NCBI GenBank assembly: GCA_965655095.1 | Contig: OZ296649.1 | Coordinates: 56,482,001 to 56,546,000, forward strand | DNA: 64,000 nucleotides | Direction of reading: 5' to 3' | DNA from: Haplodiscus bocki | Lineage: Eukaryota | Shown: piece after piece, positions 27,401 to 42,400 of the stretch | How the letters are laid out: each line of letters begins with the position of its first letter | Position numbering within the stretch: position 1 is the stretch's first letter | Position numbers and translations under genes: made by a program | The notes under the pieces: model-generated | The model's database searches: none | Seen by the model: only the letters and a program-made list of their open reading frames with translations | Told to the model about the DNA's origin: nothing

Positions 27401-30400
27401 CTACGATCCAACTGTTGGACATTACCACATGCGGGATATTCTTTAAACCATGTCTAGTCCTAATTTGATTTCTCAAAATTTTTTACTGCATTAGATGAGA
27501 GATCGGAATTTAGAGTTTTCAGCTTACGACCGCGACACCGTTAGAAGCTGTCACGTTTCAACCATGTAATTATTGCCTATAAACACAAAGTTTTGTAGTT
27601 TTCCACAAAGTTCTCAAGAATGATACTGGATTGAGAAAATTCATGAGGATAATTTTGTTTGTTTGAATCTTACTTAAAGCTGTTTACTTTTATAGTTTTT
27701 CGAATAACGAACACTCGAATATTGCACGTTCAAAAACGAGATCGAAATTTCTATTTCGTATCTCTAAACATGTATTTTTTCAGTGTAAATTAGCTGAAGA
27801 TTTGTATCATTTTCGACCAAAATCCTGTTACCAAATCGTGGCTGAAATCGGAGGATATTGAGGGGCATTTTTGAGCACAATGTAAACCAGAAAATGCTTT
27901 CTTCTATTTGCGAAAGTCTGTCAAATAATTTTTTTTCCCAAAAAATATCATCTTCGGAACTTTTTATGTTGCTCTTAGGATTTTCGGACCCAGACCGTTG
28001 TAATCTATGTCTAAATTCTAGAAAATTTTGTTCCTGGGAGTTTTCTCTGAGTGGATGCGTTTGCAAGTTGTGAGTGCTCAAAACTGAAGCAAAATGCGCG
28101 CTTGGTCGCATTTGTTTATGACACCACTGTATTTCCTGCTCATTCATTGTTATCATGTAAAAACAATGCCGTTTCTCTCACTTTGTTGGTGCCTACAAGG
28201 ATCAAAGTATGTAACGGAATGTCTTTAATATTTTGACAATTCCAAATTGTCACAATTTTGACCCAGATCAAAAGTGTATACCCAAAAGTCCAAGTTAAAA
28301 ATTTGTTCAGCGCAGACGAATTGAAACTTCAGCAAAAAGAAAAGATATATTTCGAACTAAACATGACTGCCAGTCTTTTGTGCAATCTATCATGTTTTTT
28401 TATATGAGAAATAAATATTAAACCTCGTACGGGCGTGTATATTTTCCGATTATTTTAATGTAATTTTCTCGTATTCATATAGCATGTGCAATACACTGCT
28501 TACAGATCGCGCCCACTTAGGCCGTTCCCAGCTTGTTCTGATGCTTAATGGCTTCTTTGTATTCTTTTCAGCTAAGAAACTGACGAATGAGGAGCAGGAG
28601 TGCTACAAACAGAGAGTGGACATCGAGAATCTGGAAAAAGAATTGAACTCACTCAAGAAAGCGTGCACTGAGCAAAATGACGCTGTAAGTTGCTCCTCTC
28701 TGAGTTTTCTGTTCGTGTTTGGCATTGCGGAAAAGTTTTGGTTTTGTATTTGAATACGTTGATAATTGATGATAAAATATTTCACTGATGCCCTATTTTT
28801 TCCGTTTTCTATAAATATTATTTAACGTATTTTTCATTTATTTTTGTTTTGTTTTTCGTGTTTCGGTCTTCTTGGAATTTTATTCATAGCGTTAGTTCCA
28901 GATGCTGTTTGGAGAAATGCAAGTGTAACGTATTATCTGATGATATTTCATGATACCACTTGAAAAACGAGGATGAGCAACTTTTGCTGAAAAATTCTCA
29001 TGGTACTGTTTGTTTTTGTTGCAGAATCTAATAGCCAACGAAAAAATAAAAAGCCACGAGAGCGACATTGAGTCATTACGTCATCAAGTTCTCACCCTGG
29101 AACAGCAGTTGGAGAGTTGTCGCAAGTCGAATGACAATCTGCAAGAAGACCTCAACGCTGTCCAATCCAAACATCTGGAAGCTCTTAATGTGATCAACGA
29201 AATGGAAAACAAATGCATGGGGCTCGAAAACAAAATTGAACGAATCAAGGAAACTGTAAGTAGGCAAAACTGGTTACATGAAATGAGATGGCATTTGATT
29301 CGTTTTCATAATTTCGTGAAATTAATGACAATTTTAGCAATTTGTATTGAAGTTATGACCTTTGTATCTGCATGTAGTTGGTAGGGCTCCAGTACACATT
29401 TGAATCATTTTATTGAGCTCTGTCTGTTTGATTTACATCTTTCTATGGATAGTTTCATTTGCATTCAGCGGAATTTTTGGTCCGCGTCTTAGTAATATTT
29501 TACTAAAAAAGCCCAACTAATATTGTACTTATTTCTTTTCAAGATGAAAGAACTGACTGAGTATACGATGTTTCGACTCTTACAAAATTTCATGACTTTA
29601 CCACTCACATCCACGAAGCTTTTCGAACACGTACTAGAAAACAGAAAATACAGTTTTTAACGTATATACCGTATTCCCGCAAAAAAATTCGCAACGGCAA
29701 AAACCAAATTTTCTCAGAAATCGACTACTACAGCCAGAAATTGGGATACCTCCCCTTCCAACGACCGAAAATGTAACAAGAAATATTGAGTTACAAATTT
29801 GCTAAGGCAGTTCATATCGTACCAAAGGTACTCTGCGAATTTTTTGGCTTTGTTAGAAGATAATTTTGCGACAATAAAAACGCTATTATACCAATTATTT
29901 TGTCAGGAAAGGCAAAAATTTTCCAAAAAACGGTTCTCCAATTGATATTTTGAGCCATACGGGAAACGCCGACTTGAGCCGTTTCCGGGTTGATACGGAC
30001 TTTTTCTATAACACCCCCGGCTAATAGCAGAAATTTTGTTTCACCCAACCCCCTCCCCCACGCGTTATTGATCTGTTCTTGATTGGCTAAAACTCAATGG
30101 CGCTTGTAGTCCAATAAATCGTAACCATAACGTCGCTCACTATTTCAATCATCCATTATTGTGCGGGGATTGTTTAATATCGGGGACGCTATAACAAACA
30201 AGCCTGCCCAAGTCAGCGCCGTCCGTAAGGCTTATAATAAGTGAACCCTTGGAAGTTTCGAAAATTTAGTGAAGGATATTTCTTAATTTTTGGTCGAAAA
30301 AAATGTCTCTCTACTGCCGAAAAATAATTGAGGGAACCCATCGGTGTTTTCAAAATTCGTAAATTTTTCTGCACTGGTTACACTTGTTGGTAGTAGAATT

Positions 30401-33400
30401 TGGCCTTTTTTTCAACACTGCTCTCCTTTTGGGAGTACACGAAATCACTCTCCTGCTTTGCCCAATAAACGGTGAAAAAAAACATCTCAATACTGTACTC
30501 TGCGGTTCCTAGTCACGCACAAAGTCTACCTTTTCCGCACCTCAATTGATACAAACGTTGGTAGAAACCTGAGTAAGTTCCAAATTGGGCTTTATAAAGT
30601 TGGCGAATCTGAAAAAAAATTGTACCCCTCTCCTTATTAGATTGGATCCCCCCCCCCCTCTTAAGAGTCAGTCACTTCAATCAGACCCCTTTTAATATAA
30701 CCCCAACTCTTAATAGGAAACACAGAGTAATGGCCGGGCTTTTTTACTTCATAGTAAAAGCGTCTACTAAAACCCCAATTTTTTGAGCTCAAAAAGTAAG
30801 TTATTTACCGAAGCGTTTTAGCAGCGTCTAATTTTAGCTTGGTGATCGTGATAACCTCATCGTGGACATGAAGAGCAAAGTCCAGGGTCTCGAACACACA
30901 GTTGAGTTGAAGAACTCGCACATCAAAGAAAACGAAGACTTGCTTGCCACTCTAAACGGTGACTTGAGACACAGCCAATCAGATTTGAGCTCATCTCGAA
31001 TCAAATGTGCCGAGTTGTCGTCTCACATAGAAGAACTCAAGGAAAAGCTAACCGAAACTACTCACTCTGTTAGTCGAAAATTTTATGAAAGGTTAAACGA
31101 GCCCTGTATATAAAAGTTCTGAAACATTCCATGCTTATATCGGGCAGTTGGGTTATTTCAATAACTTGGCCAAAGGATATGAGATGATTTGAGGAAAAGT
31201 GACATGATTTTTTTTCGAATTCGGATCAAATTCGATCACCTCAAAGGAAAGCTATATAATATGAGCAGATTAGTAGATTCTCATTTACTTTAAGAATCAT
31301 CTAAATTATATAGAAGTATATAGTCGAAACTAAGGCCCCGTCGTATCAGTCCCCTATTGGTTTTTGAGCACCTATTGGTTTTTTGAGCACCATCTGTCAG
31401 CGTGAGACCTACTTCCCAGTAAATAGGGTAAATTTACGGCGATTTTTGATAATTAGAAAGCAAGAGCTAATGCCAATGATATTTTGAAGGCAAAGTAAAG
31501 TGAGAACTAACCAGCCTCATTTCAAAAATTATATCAACAGGAATTAATTTATTTGTATCATTTCAGGAGGAGGAGGTAGTATTGACGATTCACTTTAGTT
31601 CATCGTAGAAGTTTTCATGAATTTGAAATTATCTTGGAATAAGCCAACTGGGTGCAAATGAGATTGGATTATTTCATGATTTATGATAAAATGTATGCAA
31701 ACAAGCCCGAAATGCTTAGCTTACTTTCAAAGTGAGGCTTTCTGTATTGGGAAAAATTTTCGATAGCTGTATATTGGGGGGGGGGGGGCATCATGAAAAA
31801 ATTTAGGAACGGAGGTCCGTAATTTTACCAAAATAGAGTGTTATTTGATATATTTTTCGGTAGAACTATATAGCTTGTACTGGGATTCAGAACCCTTTTC
31901 TCTTGCCAAAAAATGCTACGGGGATACCAGATCAAAAATAAATTTTTTGTAAAATGGTCCTTTAGCAGTAATGCTGAAGAAAAAACAAACCGTTGTAATA
32001 GTTGGGCATTTCTCTTTTTTTTCAAGAACTTTTTCAAGCTTCTCTTTTCCTTAAAAAATCTGAATTTTAAATTTGCACTATCATCTTGAAGGTATATGGC
32101 AGTTTCTAGTGTTTAATTTTTTTTCAAAAAATCAGTGTCCATGGCAACCTTTCTATGCGTCAACAACATCAAAAAATGATCAGTTTTTCATACCACATGA
32201 GGTTTATTGATTTTGAGAAGAGTTATCAAATGTTTTGTCTGAAACTATCTGGGCATGTTTCGCTTATCGACTTTTAGATTAGAAAGTTACTTAGCATAGT
32301 GACTATAGTCATGATGTCCGAGATGATATTATTAGAGAAATAAACTTTGAAATGATTCCTCAGAGTTTGGGTTTCATAAAGAGAGTTTCTTCCTTTCCTT
32401 TCTCATCGCTTTTCGTTCCTTCCAGAGTCGTCGCCACGAAGAACGATCGAAACAAATTCATTCTGAGTACATGCAGTACCAGCAGTTACATCAACACACT
32501 GTGTCCGAAGTGCAAGACCGAGATAACCGAATCGCAGAGTTGACTGACAGGTCACTTCACTTGCAGGGAGAGTGTCAATCAAAGGATGCAGATCTCTCTT
32601 CCAAAGAAGAACAAGTCAAGGTGCTTAGTGTGGAACTGGCAGCCATCAAAGAGCAGCGAAATCAAGGAAATAGAGACCTGCAGAAGTTGGAAAAGGCCCA
32701 TCGCTCCCTTCAGAAGCAGATGCACGAGGAAGAGGATGCTCATAAGTTAGTTTTATTTGATTCTGCAACTAGACGGCCGGCTGGCAAGAGCATATTTTTC
32801 GGCCAATGTAAATTAAATCTATCAATATTCAAATGAAAAACTGCTAAATAAGTTAGAGTGTTATGGACCAGTGGTAAAATCACGAGTCTCCGCTGTGGAA
32901 GATTGGAGGTGCGAATACCTCTGCTCAATTTTTAGTAGTATTAAAATTGGCAAAACTTGCCTGAAAAAAAAGGTCCATATCGATCGAATAATTTTTCTTG
33001 CATTATTTTAAAATATGGGGCGAAAAATAACAATTGCCAACTACAAAAAGACTGCACGAGAGAATGATGTTTAATTGCGAAGCTCAAATCTAGCAAAAAT
33101 AGAGTATTGGTTTATGTCAGCAAGTGGCTTTTTCTCTTCCACTGGGTGTGTACTTGATCAAAATATAAAATCTGCATTTCTGTCTTCTTAAAACGTAAAC
33201 GATGTATGGCCAATTCGATTTTCCATTAATAACATAGGATTTGTGAGTTGCACCAAAATTGGTGACATTGGTCCATTGTGTATACCCTTACTCCGTTGTA
33301 ATATAATGTAATAGCTTTTTCATTTTGTTTTTTCAATGTTGTTTTTGCTATTTAATCTTTTAATCTGCTGATTTCAGACAAAGCAGTTCTGCATACGATG

Positions 33401-36400
33401 CAAAAATATTGAGTCTAGAAAAGGACCTCAGCTCTGCTCAACAATCAATCAAACAATACAGAGATGATATCAAAATGCAGAACGAGGCGCTAGAAAGGGC
33501 TCAGGTTGAAATCAGCTCCACCAGAGACGAATGCCAACGCAAGGTTGAAGAAGTTAGTGGTCAAATAATTTAGAATTAATCAATCCGTTGAGTGAAGGTT
33601 ATGATTTTCTTTATACGTATTCAATTTTTCTGGGTTCTCTTGAACTTCCTCTTAGATATCTCGGTCTTTGAAAATGTAGCTCTGGTTTTTTTTTACCTGA
33701 GCCACCTTTACCTGAGGTAATCTCAAAATCGAGAATTTTGCCTGACTACTCAGGTAATGTTGAGTTGGCGTTTGAGTTACTTGAGAAGTACTCAGATGAA
33801 TTGAATGAGTTACCGCTAGTCGTGAATTTAAAAATATATATAACGTATTCTTGGCGCAAAATTATGAAGTTTTCTAACTCAATAGCAGCTCCAAATGCGT
33901 GTTTTGAGTAATTTTTTGGACGACGCTAGATTTTAATCTGACATTCATCAAAAGGAAAGATAAATTGACCGAATGTTGATCGGAAAATGAGCATGTGACA
34001 GAAAAGCTTATTTATTTCAAAGCATTTTATAACATCATTGCATCATTTCAGAACATCATTGCGAGTAATTTTTAAATTGGAATTCATCTCTAGCAATAAG
34101 CAGACAAAATTTCTAATTTGCCTTCCCTGTGAGCTAAATCGGAGAAATAGCACCATGTACGGTGCAACAGAGAAGTCTGCAAACAATGAACTTCATCAAA
34201 ACCAACTTAAAAACTTGCACAAAAAACTTTTTTTTTAAAAAAAACGTCATTTCCTGAAGCACTCTGGTGAATTCACTTGAAAAACTCAGGTAATATTAAA
34301 TGAAAAGCCCAGGTGAAAGTACCTGAGAATTTCATGTAAATTTACCCGATTCCTAATGTGGTTATCTCCGAGGATCCTGAGATAATTCTCAGTTAATTTT
34401 GACCATCCTCAGCCCCCTTTACCTGAGTGTCTCAGATAAAATTACATGCGTTCTCATGTAATATGCTTGAGCAGAATTTTCAGTATTGACACTTGTAAAG
34501 TTTTGATAGTTGAATGTGAATTTGAATCCTATATCGTATGATGTTTCGACACCTGGTTGCTAATAGTCATAAAATTGAAAAAATGAAAAAAGCTAAGTTA
34601 AGTGCTGGTATTGTCATTGAATATTTGTGAGCAATGAACTTTCAGGTGAATTCTCAAGAGAGACAAATTTGTGACCTTGAGAAACAGATAGCAACTCTGA
34701 CAGCCACGAATTCCCAACAAGATAACCGAATCACGCAACTCACTGAAGACTTGGAAAGAACCAGAAGCGACCTCAGATCAACTAAAATGAGGCAGGTCCA
34801 CATTTATTGTTGTGCACAATTTTGCTTTGTACGTTTTCGAGCAATAAAACAAAGTGAAAATCATTTTAAACTTTGTAGAATAATCTGGTGCCTCATTTGT
34901 GTATCAAAATAATCCATTTTATGCATTTTTATCACCATATTCTGCAAAGGAGGAATTTATTTATTTCAAATTTTTGCATCAAATTGTTGCCTCAACTTTT
35001 ACAATTTCCCTTCTGAAAAACGTTTGAGTGTATGGGGTTTGTTCACACATGATAGAAACGGCTTTTTGTGCAATTTTGGTGACTCTAAAAACAACCGTGA
35101 CAATGTTTTTTAAACTGAAGTCTTGAATTATCTCTTCTCTGAATTAGGTTCAATGAAACTGGACAAGAGTTGGCGCACTGTGAGGAGAAACTAGAGTTGA
35201 TCGAAAGAACTCTTAACTCAACTCAAGATGAACTCAGCTCGAAGAGTAACGATTTGAACAGAGAGAGAGGCATCAACCAGAAACTGAGTGTGGAGCTCAA
35301 GAATGCACGGGAACAAGTTGCCACCTACGAACAAGAATTGTCTGATGCCAGAAGCGCCATTGGCCGGTAGAATTTTTTGCTTGCTTGATTTTCTTGGTTT
35401 TGAATCCTAGCACCCGTTTTTATTACTCGCCGTTTTCAACAAGAGCCCGACTATTACAATGAGTTTTGATTTTTAAACGACGATGTGTTCGAGAGACATC
35501 AAAATTTATAGAGTAATCATCAACTTTAGGACCAGAGTTACAGGCCAGGAATGCGAGAATGTTTATATGTACGAAAAAATTTCGGACCTTGCGTCTGAAA
35601 TTTTTTCATGATACGCTTTTTTACATATACTAAGTTTTTTCAAAGGCATATGCCAAAAATTTCTGAACTAAGGGTTTCCTCCGGCAGCAAATTTTGTACC
35701 AAAAAATCCCTCTGCCAATATTTCATTTTTTGGACAAAATTTTCGACAAATTTCAACAATTCCGACAAATCTTTTCATCAAAAAAAATGTGATTTTACCA
35801 TTTTTTTTGCCGAAAAAGTACGATTTTTGAAAAACAAAGGACTCACATGGATTTTTTGAGCCTTACGGGCGGCGCCGACTGTGGCCATTCTTGACTTGTT
35901 TGTTTTTGCATTATCTGAGTAATTCGTATTGTTTTTAGACGACTAGCTGTGTAAGTTGGAGATGAATTGTATGAGTTTTCTTCGCTCAATCATCAGAAAT
36001 TGAGTCATTGCCCTTGTTTTTTGTTTTTTACTCGGAACGCTCTTCATGTCAAGGATGTCATCAAACCATTACATCACAGAGCAGATGTAAAAAACCATTG
36101 TCCTTCAAATTCGTAACTTCAAAGTTGAAAATTGTTAACCATACTTTTCAAAAGCTAGAAATATCTGCTCAGAACTCGTTTTTGAACATTTAGAAATTGA
36201 AAATCTGTGGCTCGAAACCAACTGGTTGGGTGGAAAAAAAACATGATCAGTTTGTTCAGAAAAATTTTTTCATAAATAAATTTGAGAAACATCGCCTAAT
36301 TTCATGTGCAAACAACTATGTTTAATTCACGTTGCACGATGTTTTTGCAAACATAATAAAATCATGCACATTTTCAGAATCATTGAAAACGACAGCTTAG

Positions 36401-39400
36401 TTCCAAGGTTGGCATGAATGTAAAAAGTTATGAATCAATTTCTTCGAATCAGCGTTTCAAGTTCCTATGCATAGACCAGTGGAAGATTTTCTGATAGCTT
36501 AAACACTTCTTCATGTTGACTGTTTTCGATTCATTGTCTGGAAGTCTAGAAGTAGTATTACTTCTCTGAAAGTTTTTTTTTTCCTTTTCTATAGTCTCGG
36601 CTCATTGCTAGAAGCCTTTAGCCACAGCAGCGAGTCTGTCCATGAAGAGGTAGCCCCCGAGGACACATCGCTTCGAGAAAATCAACTGTAAGAAAAGCAT
36701 ATCAGCTGATGTCAATCAGTCAGCTTCAGTGCATGAGTCACTCATATGAGTTTCATTCAAAATATATTAAGAATATAAAGCATTTTACATTCGAAGGGAT
36801 CGACAAATAACAATAAATACATTTCATTTTAAATCATTGCAGAATTTTGTACGTTCGCTAAGGGAGTTTTCCATACCATTCCGTTTTAGTTTTTGAACGG
36901 TTGCAAAGCATTTCAAGATAGTCTTATTCCCTTCATGTTCATAAATATTACCCGGGTGGGAACAAAATGGCTACCATACCATGATTATGCATTGATGAGG
37001 GCATAGTGACCATGCTTCTTGCCATGATTCATGGAATGATCGCGGTATCTTGCATGACGACCCTGTTGTTATTACTCGATGTTTCATGACAAGCATGTCA
37101 TGAAATAGGCGTAATTATGTCATGGTGAGTATGAAACATTGTACTCATGCAGTGACATAGCATGATCGGCATATATGACCATTGCTATCACCCCGGTAGT
37201 TTGAAATCGAAATTTTGGCAAACCTGTGGATATGTTTTTCAATACTAAATGAGTTTTCACCATCGGGGCTAATCTTGCCAGACCATGGCATTCATGTTTT
37301 TATTTCTACTCACATGAGTTACATATTATTACATATGTAATACATGATGCATCTTATGTAAGTAGTTTAGAAGCCACGTTTCATTGAACATCGACCATCT
37401 CCCTCCATATTTCGTAGCTCATAGCATTTAGTGCCTTCTTTGGCACCTAGTGCATGTAAATGTTTGTCCTAAAACTAATTGATTTTTTTTCTCCAAGACT
37501 GCGAGAAGAGGTGGCTATTGACAAACAGAAGAACCAAGAAGCTGCTGCTGAGATCTACAGACAGAGACAACTTGGAAACAAACTCGAGTCAGAACTCGCT
37601 GTCAGGGCCACCCAGGTAAAACATACATTTAGTCACTCTCTTAGAAACGATAGACTCCGTAACCCGGAGGAATCACAACTTTGAAAAAGTTTTATCCTGT
37701 CACCGAAAATAGTCCAGAGCTTAAAACTTGAAGGTATGTTGGAATATGCGTCGAGCGTGGCATCGAATGATTCGTCTTGATGATGTTGGAGAAAAACTCG
37801 CTATAATTTTTGTTTTTATTCATTCTTCACAATGAAGTGCAGTAAATGTGTATAAATGTTTGATGGTTCAAATTCCATGCGAGTTTTCTTTCTTTCAAAA
37901 ACACGGGCGCCTTTTTTGAGCAATAAACTTGCTGTTTTCTTTTTTTTTCTTCGCAAAAGCTGGCGTGATTAACCGACTGAGCGAGGCTGAGCTCTAAAGT
38001 GAAGCTAAAATTTCCTATTTATTGTTTAATTTTCTTCGTTCGTATCTACTTTCTCCCGCTTTCCCAAGCTAGAACAAACGCCACTATTTACTCTTACATT
38101 TTAAGTACTTGATTCAAATTTCAAAAATTCTCAAATTCATCAATTTAATTCACATTTTATTTTCCAATTTTTCAAAATGTTGACTATTCATCGCGTCACA
38201 AATTTGTCACCAGAAGATCCAGAGCTGAAAGGTCGGTGCGTTGAAGAGTGAAATTCAAACGAAATTGTGATCTCAAAAATTGAACGGCTTCTGCAAAAGC
38301 TTGAAACCACGTCTACTGACCCTACACTTACCGAAATTTTAAGAGTTTCAGAATATTATCCAAAAAATCAACAAATGCAATCTTTGCATGAGGATAGAAA
38401 TTACTTATCAAAGAAAACGAATGAACAGGAGCGTTATTCAAGCAAAAATTGTCTGATTATCTCAAATTTACCCTTGGTTACGGGCATTTCTTACGGTGCA
38501 GACGTTATACCATTTCTTAAAGATGATTTAGGAGTAATAGTGAATGAATGGGACCTACAAGCTTGCTATCCCCTGTCCAAATTCTACAGTGAGCTGAACC
38601 CACCAGCTGTGATTGTCAAGTTTACATTTCAATTTTAAGGACAGAATTTGGGGTCCAAAATACATGCTCAAAGGTAAGACCAATCCAAAAAAATTTTCCC
38701 GATATTTTTACGAGAAAAACTTACGAAAGCAGACTCGCATTTTTTGAACTATGCTCGAGGCTTGGGATGCAAGACAACTGCTTACAACTCCGTGCCTCAA
38801 ATCCTGATAGAAAGTGAAAATTGTGTCCGAACCCACATTATTGTAGACACATGTCATGTTGATGAAAGATCTGCGTCTGGAAAAGCAATGAAATTCAGTT
38901 ACGAGCCTGAGAAAACAAGAAACGTGTTGAATACACCTGTGGTGGATGTGAAAAGAACAACAATCGATAAACGCAATTTTCATGAATCCCCAGACGCTGA
39001 GTTGAACTCTTTGAAAAAGAAATTTAAAGCAGCCCGTACTAATCCTCAAGAGATCCTGTAGGTTGCAAACGAGATACTCGATACGGACATGCATGACAGG
39101 CCACCTGGAGATTAAACTTTTTCAAATTTGGTAAACTCATCAACGTATAAATTGGTATTCGGATTGTACCAATTGTATGTTTGCAAATCAATTAAGATCT
39201 GATTTCGCAGCTGATAAGAACTTTTTTTAGGCTTGAATATCCAATGACTTCGTTGTCAATTTGACGAACTACAGATAGAAATTAAAAAAAATTAGTCAAT
39301 CACCGAAAGTAATAGGTTTAAGAGAAACATGGCTGACGAAGAACGATACAAAAAAGATACCAAAAAAGGAAATTAACCAATCCAAAGTATTGACTTAGAA

Positions 39401-42400
39401 AATTACCATCCGATTTCGTCAAAACAAAGAAAATCGAATAATATTGGAGGCGGATTTGGTTTTTTCATAGAAAAGTCACTAGAATACATTCCGCTCCACT
39501 TTGAAACTGAAATAGATTGCACGATAATCGAAGTAGATTTCGGAGAAAATTTATTGAGAAATTTTTGTGTTCTGTGTAGACCACGATCGCATAAATTGAA
39601 AGATTTTCTACCCATCTTCGAAGACGTGCCGCAATTCTTACGAATTCTCCAACACGACACAAAATCATTCGGTGACTTTACCATTGATGCAATCAAGGAT
39701 AGCAAACATAAGTCGGATTACGAGAATCTCATTCCCGCCTTTTGTTTCAGGCGCCAGATTTCAGAGCCCAGTAGAGTCACACCAACATCATCGACATGCT
39801 TGGACTATCTTTTAACAAGCTTTCCTGTCAAACACGAAACAATTAAAACAACCTTCAGTGATCAATACACAGTTGTTGGCGAAATACATATAGACATTAA
39901 AAATTCTCAGCAGAAACAGCAATTTTTTTTCAAAACTAGAAATCTGAAGAACATCAAAGGAGACAAAGCTGTCAGTTTTTTGTTCCTGCTCGGTCAGAAA
40001 TTGATGAAACTAGAAGAAAATTTAACAATTGATAACATTTCCAGAACCATTCTTGACTGTGTTCATCGATTCGCACCGGAGCGATTTACTTCTCATAAAA
40101 ATTCGCCGTCGAACCATTGGATTAACAATAGTAACAAAAATGCAAAAGCAAAAAGAGATATTCTGTTCCAGCAACAGGTTAACGATCCGAAACAGGAAAA
40201 CCGAGAGATTTATAAACGCCAAGGTAATCTAGTCACGTCTTTGATATCAAACAGACAGAGCGTGTGATTACCAAATTTTAGGCCTAAATCCTACCGCAAA
40301 GAACTGTATACAGAACTCTGAAGACACACCTAGCAAAAAATCGGGATAGTGTTCCGTCACATGATATTCAACCACTGAATAAAAAGTTCGCAACTATCGG
40401 ACCGAAACTATCAGAAGCTCTACACAAAGCTGAGTATAAATGTTTCACACCGACATTTGAAAAAACAATGGTTTTAACAAAAACAGATGAATATTATGAA
40501 AGTTCGCAAATTGATGAAAGAGTTGAAAAACAAAAAAATACTGGCCATGAGGGAATCAGAAAAGAAATTTGGAAATGTTGTTTACCAATAAAAGAAAAAA
40601 TTTAGTAAAAGCTTTTAATATCTGTTGGGGAGAACGGAAAGTTCCGTATGCATGAAAATTGCTCAAGTTATTCCACTTTTCAGGAAAAGAGATTGCAAGA
40701 AAATAATCGTCTGATTAGCCTTCTAACTTCTGTGAGTAAGTTTTTCGAAAAATTGTTATATAAACGCATGGTACGTTTTTTCCAAAAGAACAAAACTGTT
40801 TTCACCAATGGAGTTTGGTTTTACATTTAAACGCTCATGCCCGCATTCGATTTCCACAAAAACAGAAAATATGAGAAGTCAACTTGATGATAAACTCAGT
40901 GGCCAAGCATGTTTCATTGATTTAAAAAAAGCTATCGACTCTATTGATCAAAATGTTTTGCTTCAGAATCTTTGCTTATGGTTTGCGAGTACCAATTTTT
41001 GATTTAATGGATGATTATTTGAATGATAGAATGCAATACGTCGACGTCGTTTGGGATAAAAAAAAGATCAACATGGTCGAAAATTACCACAGGCGTACCC
41101 AAATGGTCAGTCTTAGGACCTTTTTTTGTTTTTAATTTACATCAATGTTTTACCTGAGTATGCGAAAAATAACAATCAAACTGCAATATTCGCTGATGGC
41201 ACATTTTTGGTGATAGCTGGCAAACGCAAAGAATGTCAAGTACAAGAGGACATAGATAAATTGGTGGTTTGGTTCACATCAAATAGATTGACTCTGAATG
41301 CTTCAAAATGCGAAGTATTGAATTTTGGGCTATGAGGACAACAATGTGTCGCGCTAATGAACCAAAATTTACCCTAAAAAGCTTCGTGTGAGTATTTGGG
41401 ACTTCATATTCATGGTAAATTGACATTCGATCATATCGACTACGTAGTCAAAAAATTGAATCGATTCAGTGGCTTGGTGTAAAAAGTGAGATATCCTTGT
41501 CCAGCAAAATGTGTACTCCTGTTTTTTAATTCATGTGCGGAATCAATGATTAGGTATGGAATACTAATTTACGGCAGTGCAGCCGAAACCAACTTAGAAA
41601 AAATTGAAAATGCAGAACGATGAAGCTAGTGAGCATTTTTTTTCCAAAAAAGGTTGATAGTCTCAAAGAAACAATTGAGAAACACAAAGTTCTCACTGTT
41701 TTCGAACTGTATGTATCAGAAGTTTTCAGTGAGCTTGTACAATACCTGAAACACGAGTCCCCGCCTGATTTACTAATGGAAGTTGATAACCGATGCACAT
41801 ATGCTACTCGTTGACCAGAAAAAAGGACTGCTGCCTCTTGAATTTAGCCGAACTAAAATAAAGTCAACATGTATTGAAAATATCCTCCGAAAAGCTACAA
41901 CTTCATGAAAGAATTCGATCGAATACCCGAAAACTTGGATGACTTATCAAAATAACAAGTAAAAAATTGTTTCAAAAAGTTATCTGACGCCTTAGTTGGT
42001 GGGACGACGCTAGCAAGGTTTTCCATCCGGAATAAATATGCCAAATAACTCCTTCATACCAATACATCTTCAATAGGGGCCATAACTTTTTTCTTTAAAT
42101 TTGTTTTCATTAGGCCTTTCCCGAGTTCTATTTAGTTATCAGCTTAGGTTTGTTAATTGATTCTCCCAGGACAGAGGCTCGAAGAGGTGCAAAACCTCAT
42201 GCTCTGTCCTTATTGAATACATTTAAACGGAAGTTTTTAGATATCTATATGTTATTGTACCAATATTGTATTCAAATAAATAAACTTTCCTTTCCTGTCA
42301 ATTCACAAAGCGTCGAAAAATCGGAAACTTATCAAAGCGGCAAAAGTTCACCAATGGACTATCGAACGCGAATTTTTTTGACCCTTTGAATAGTGTGCTG

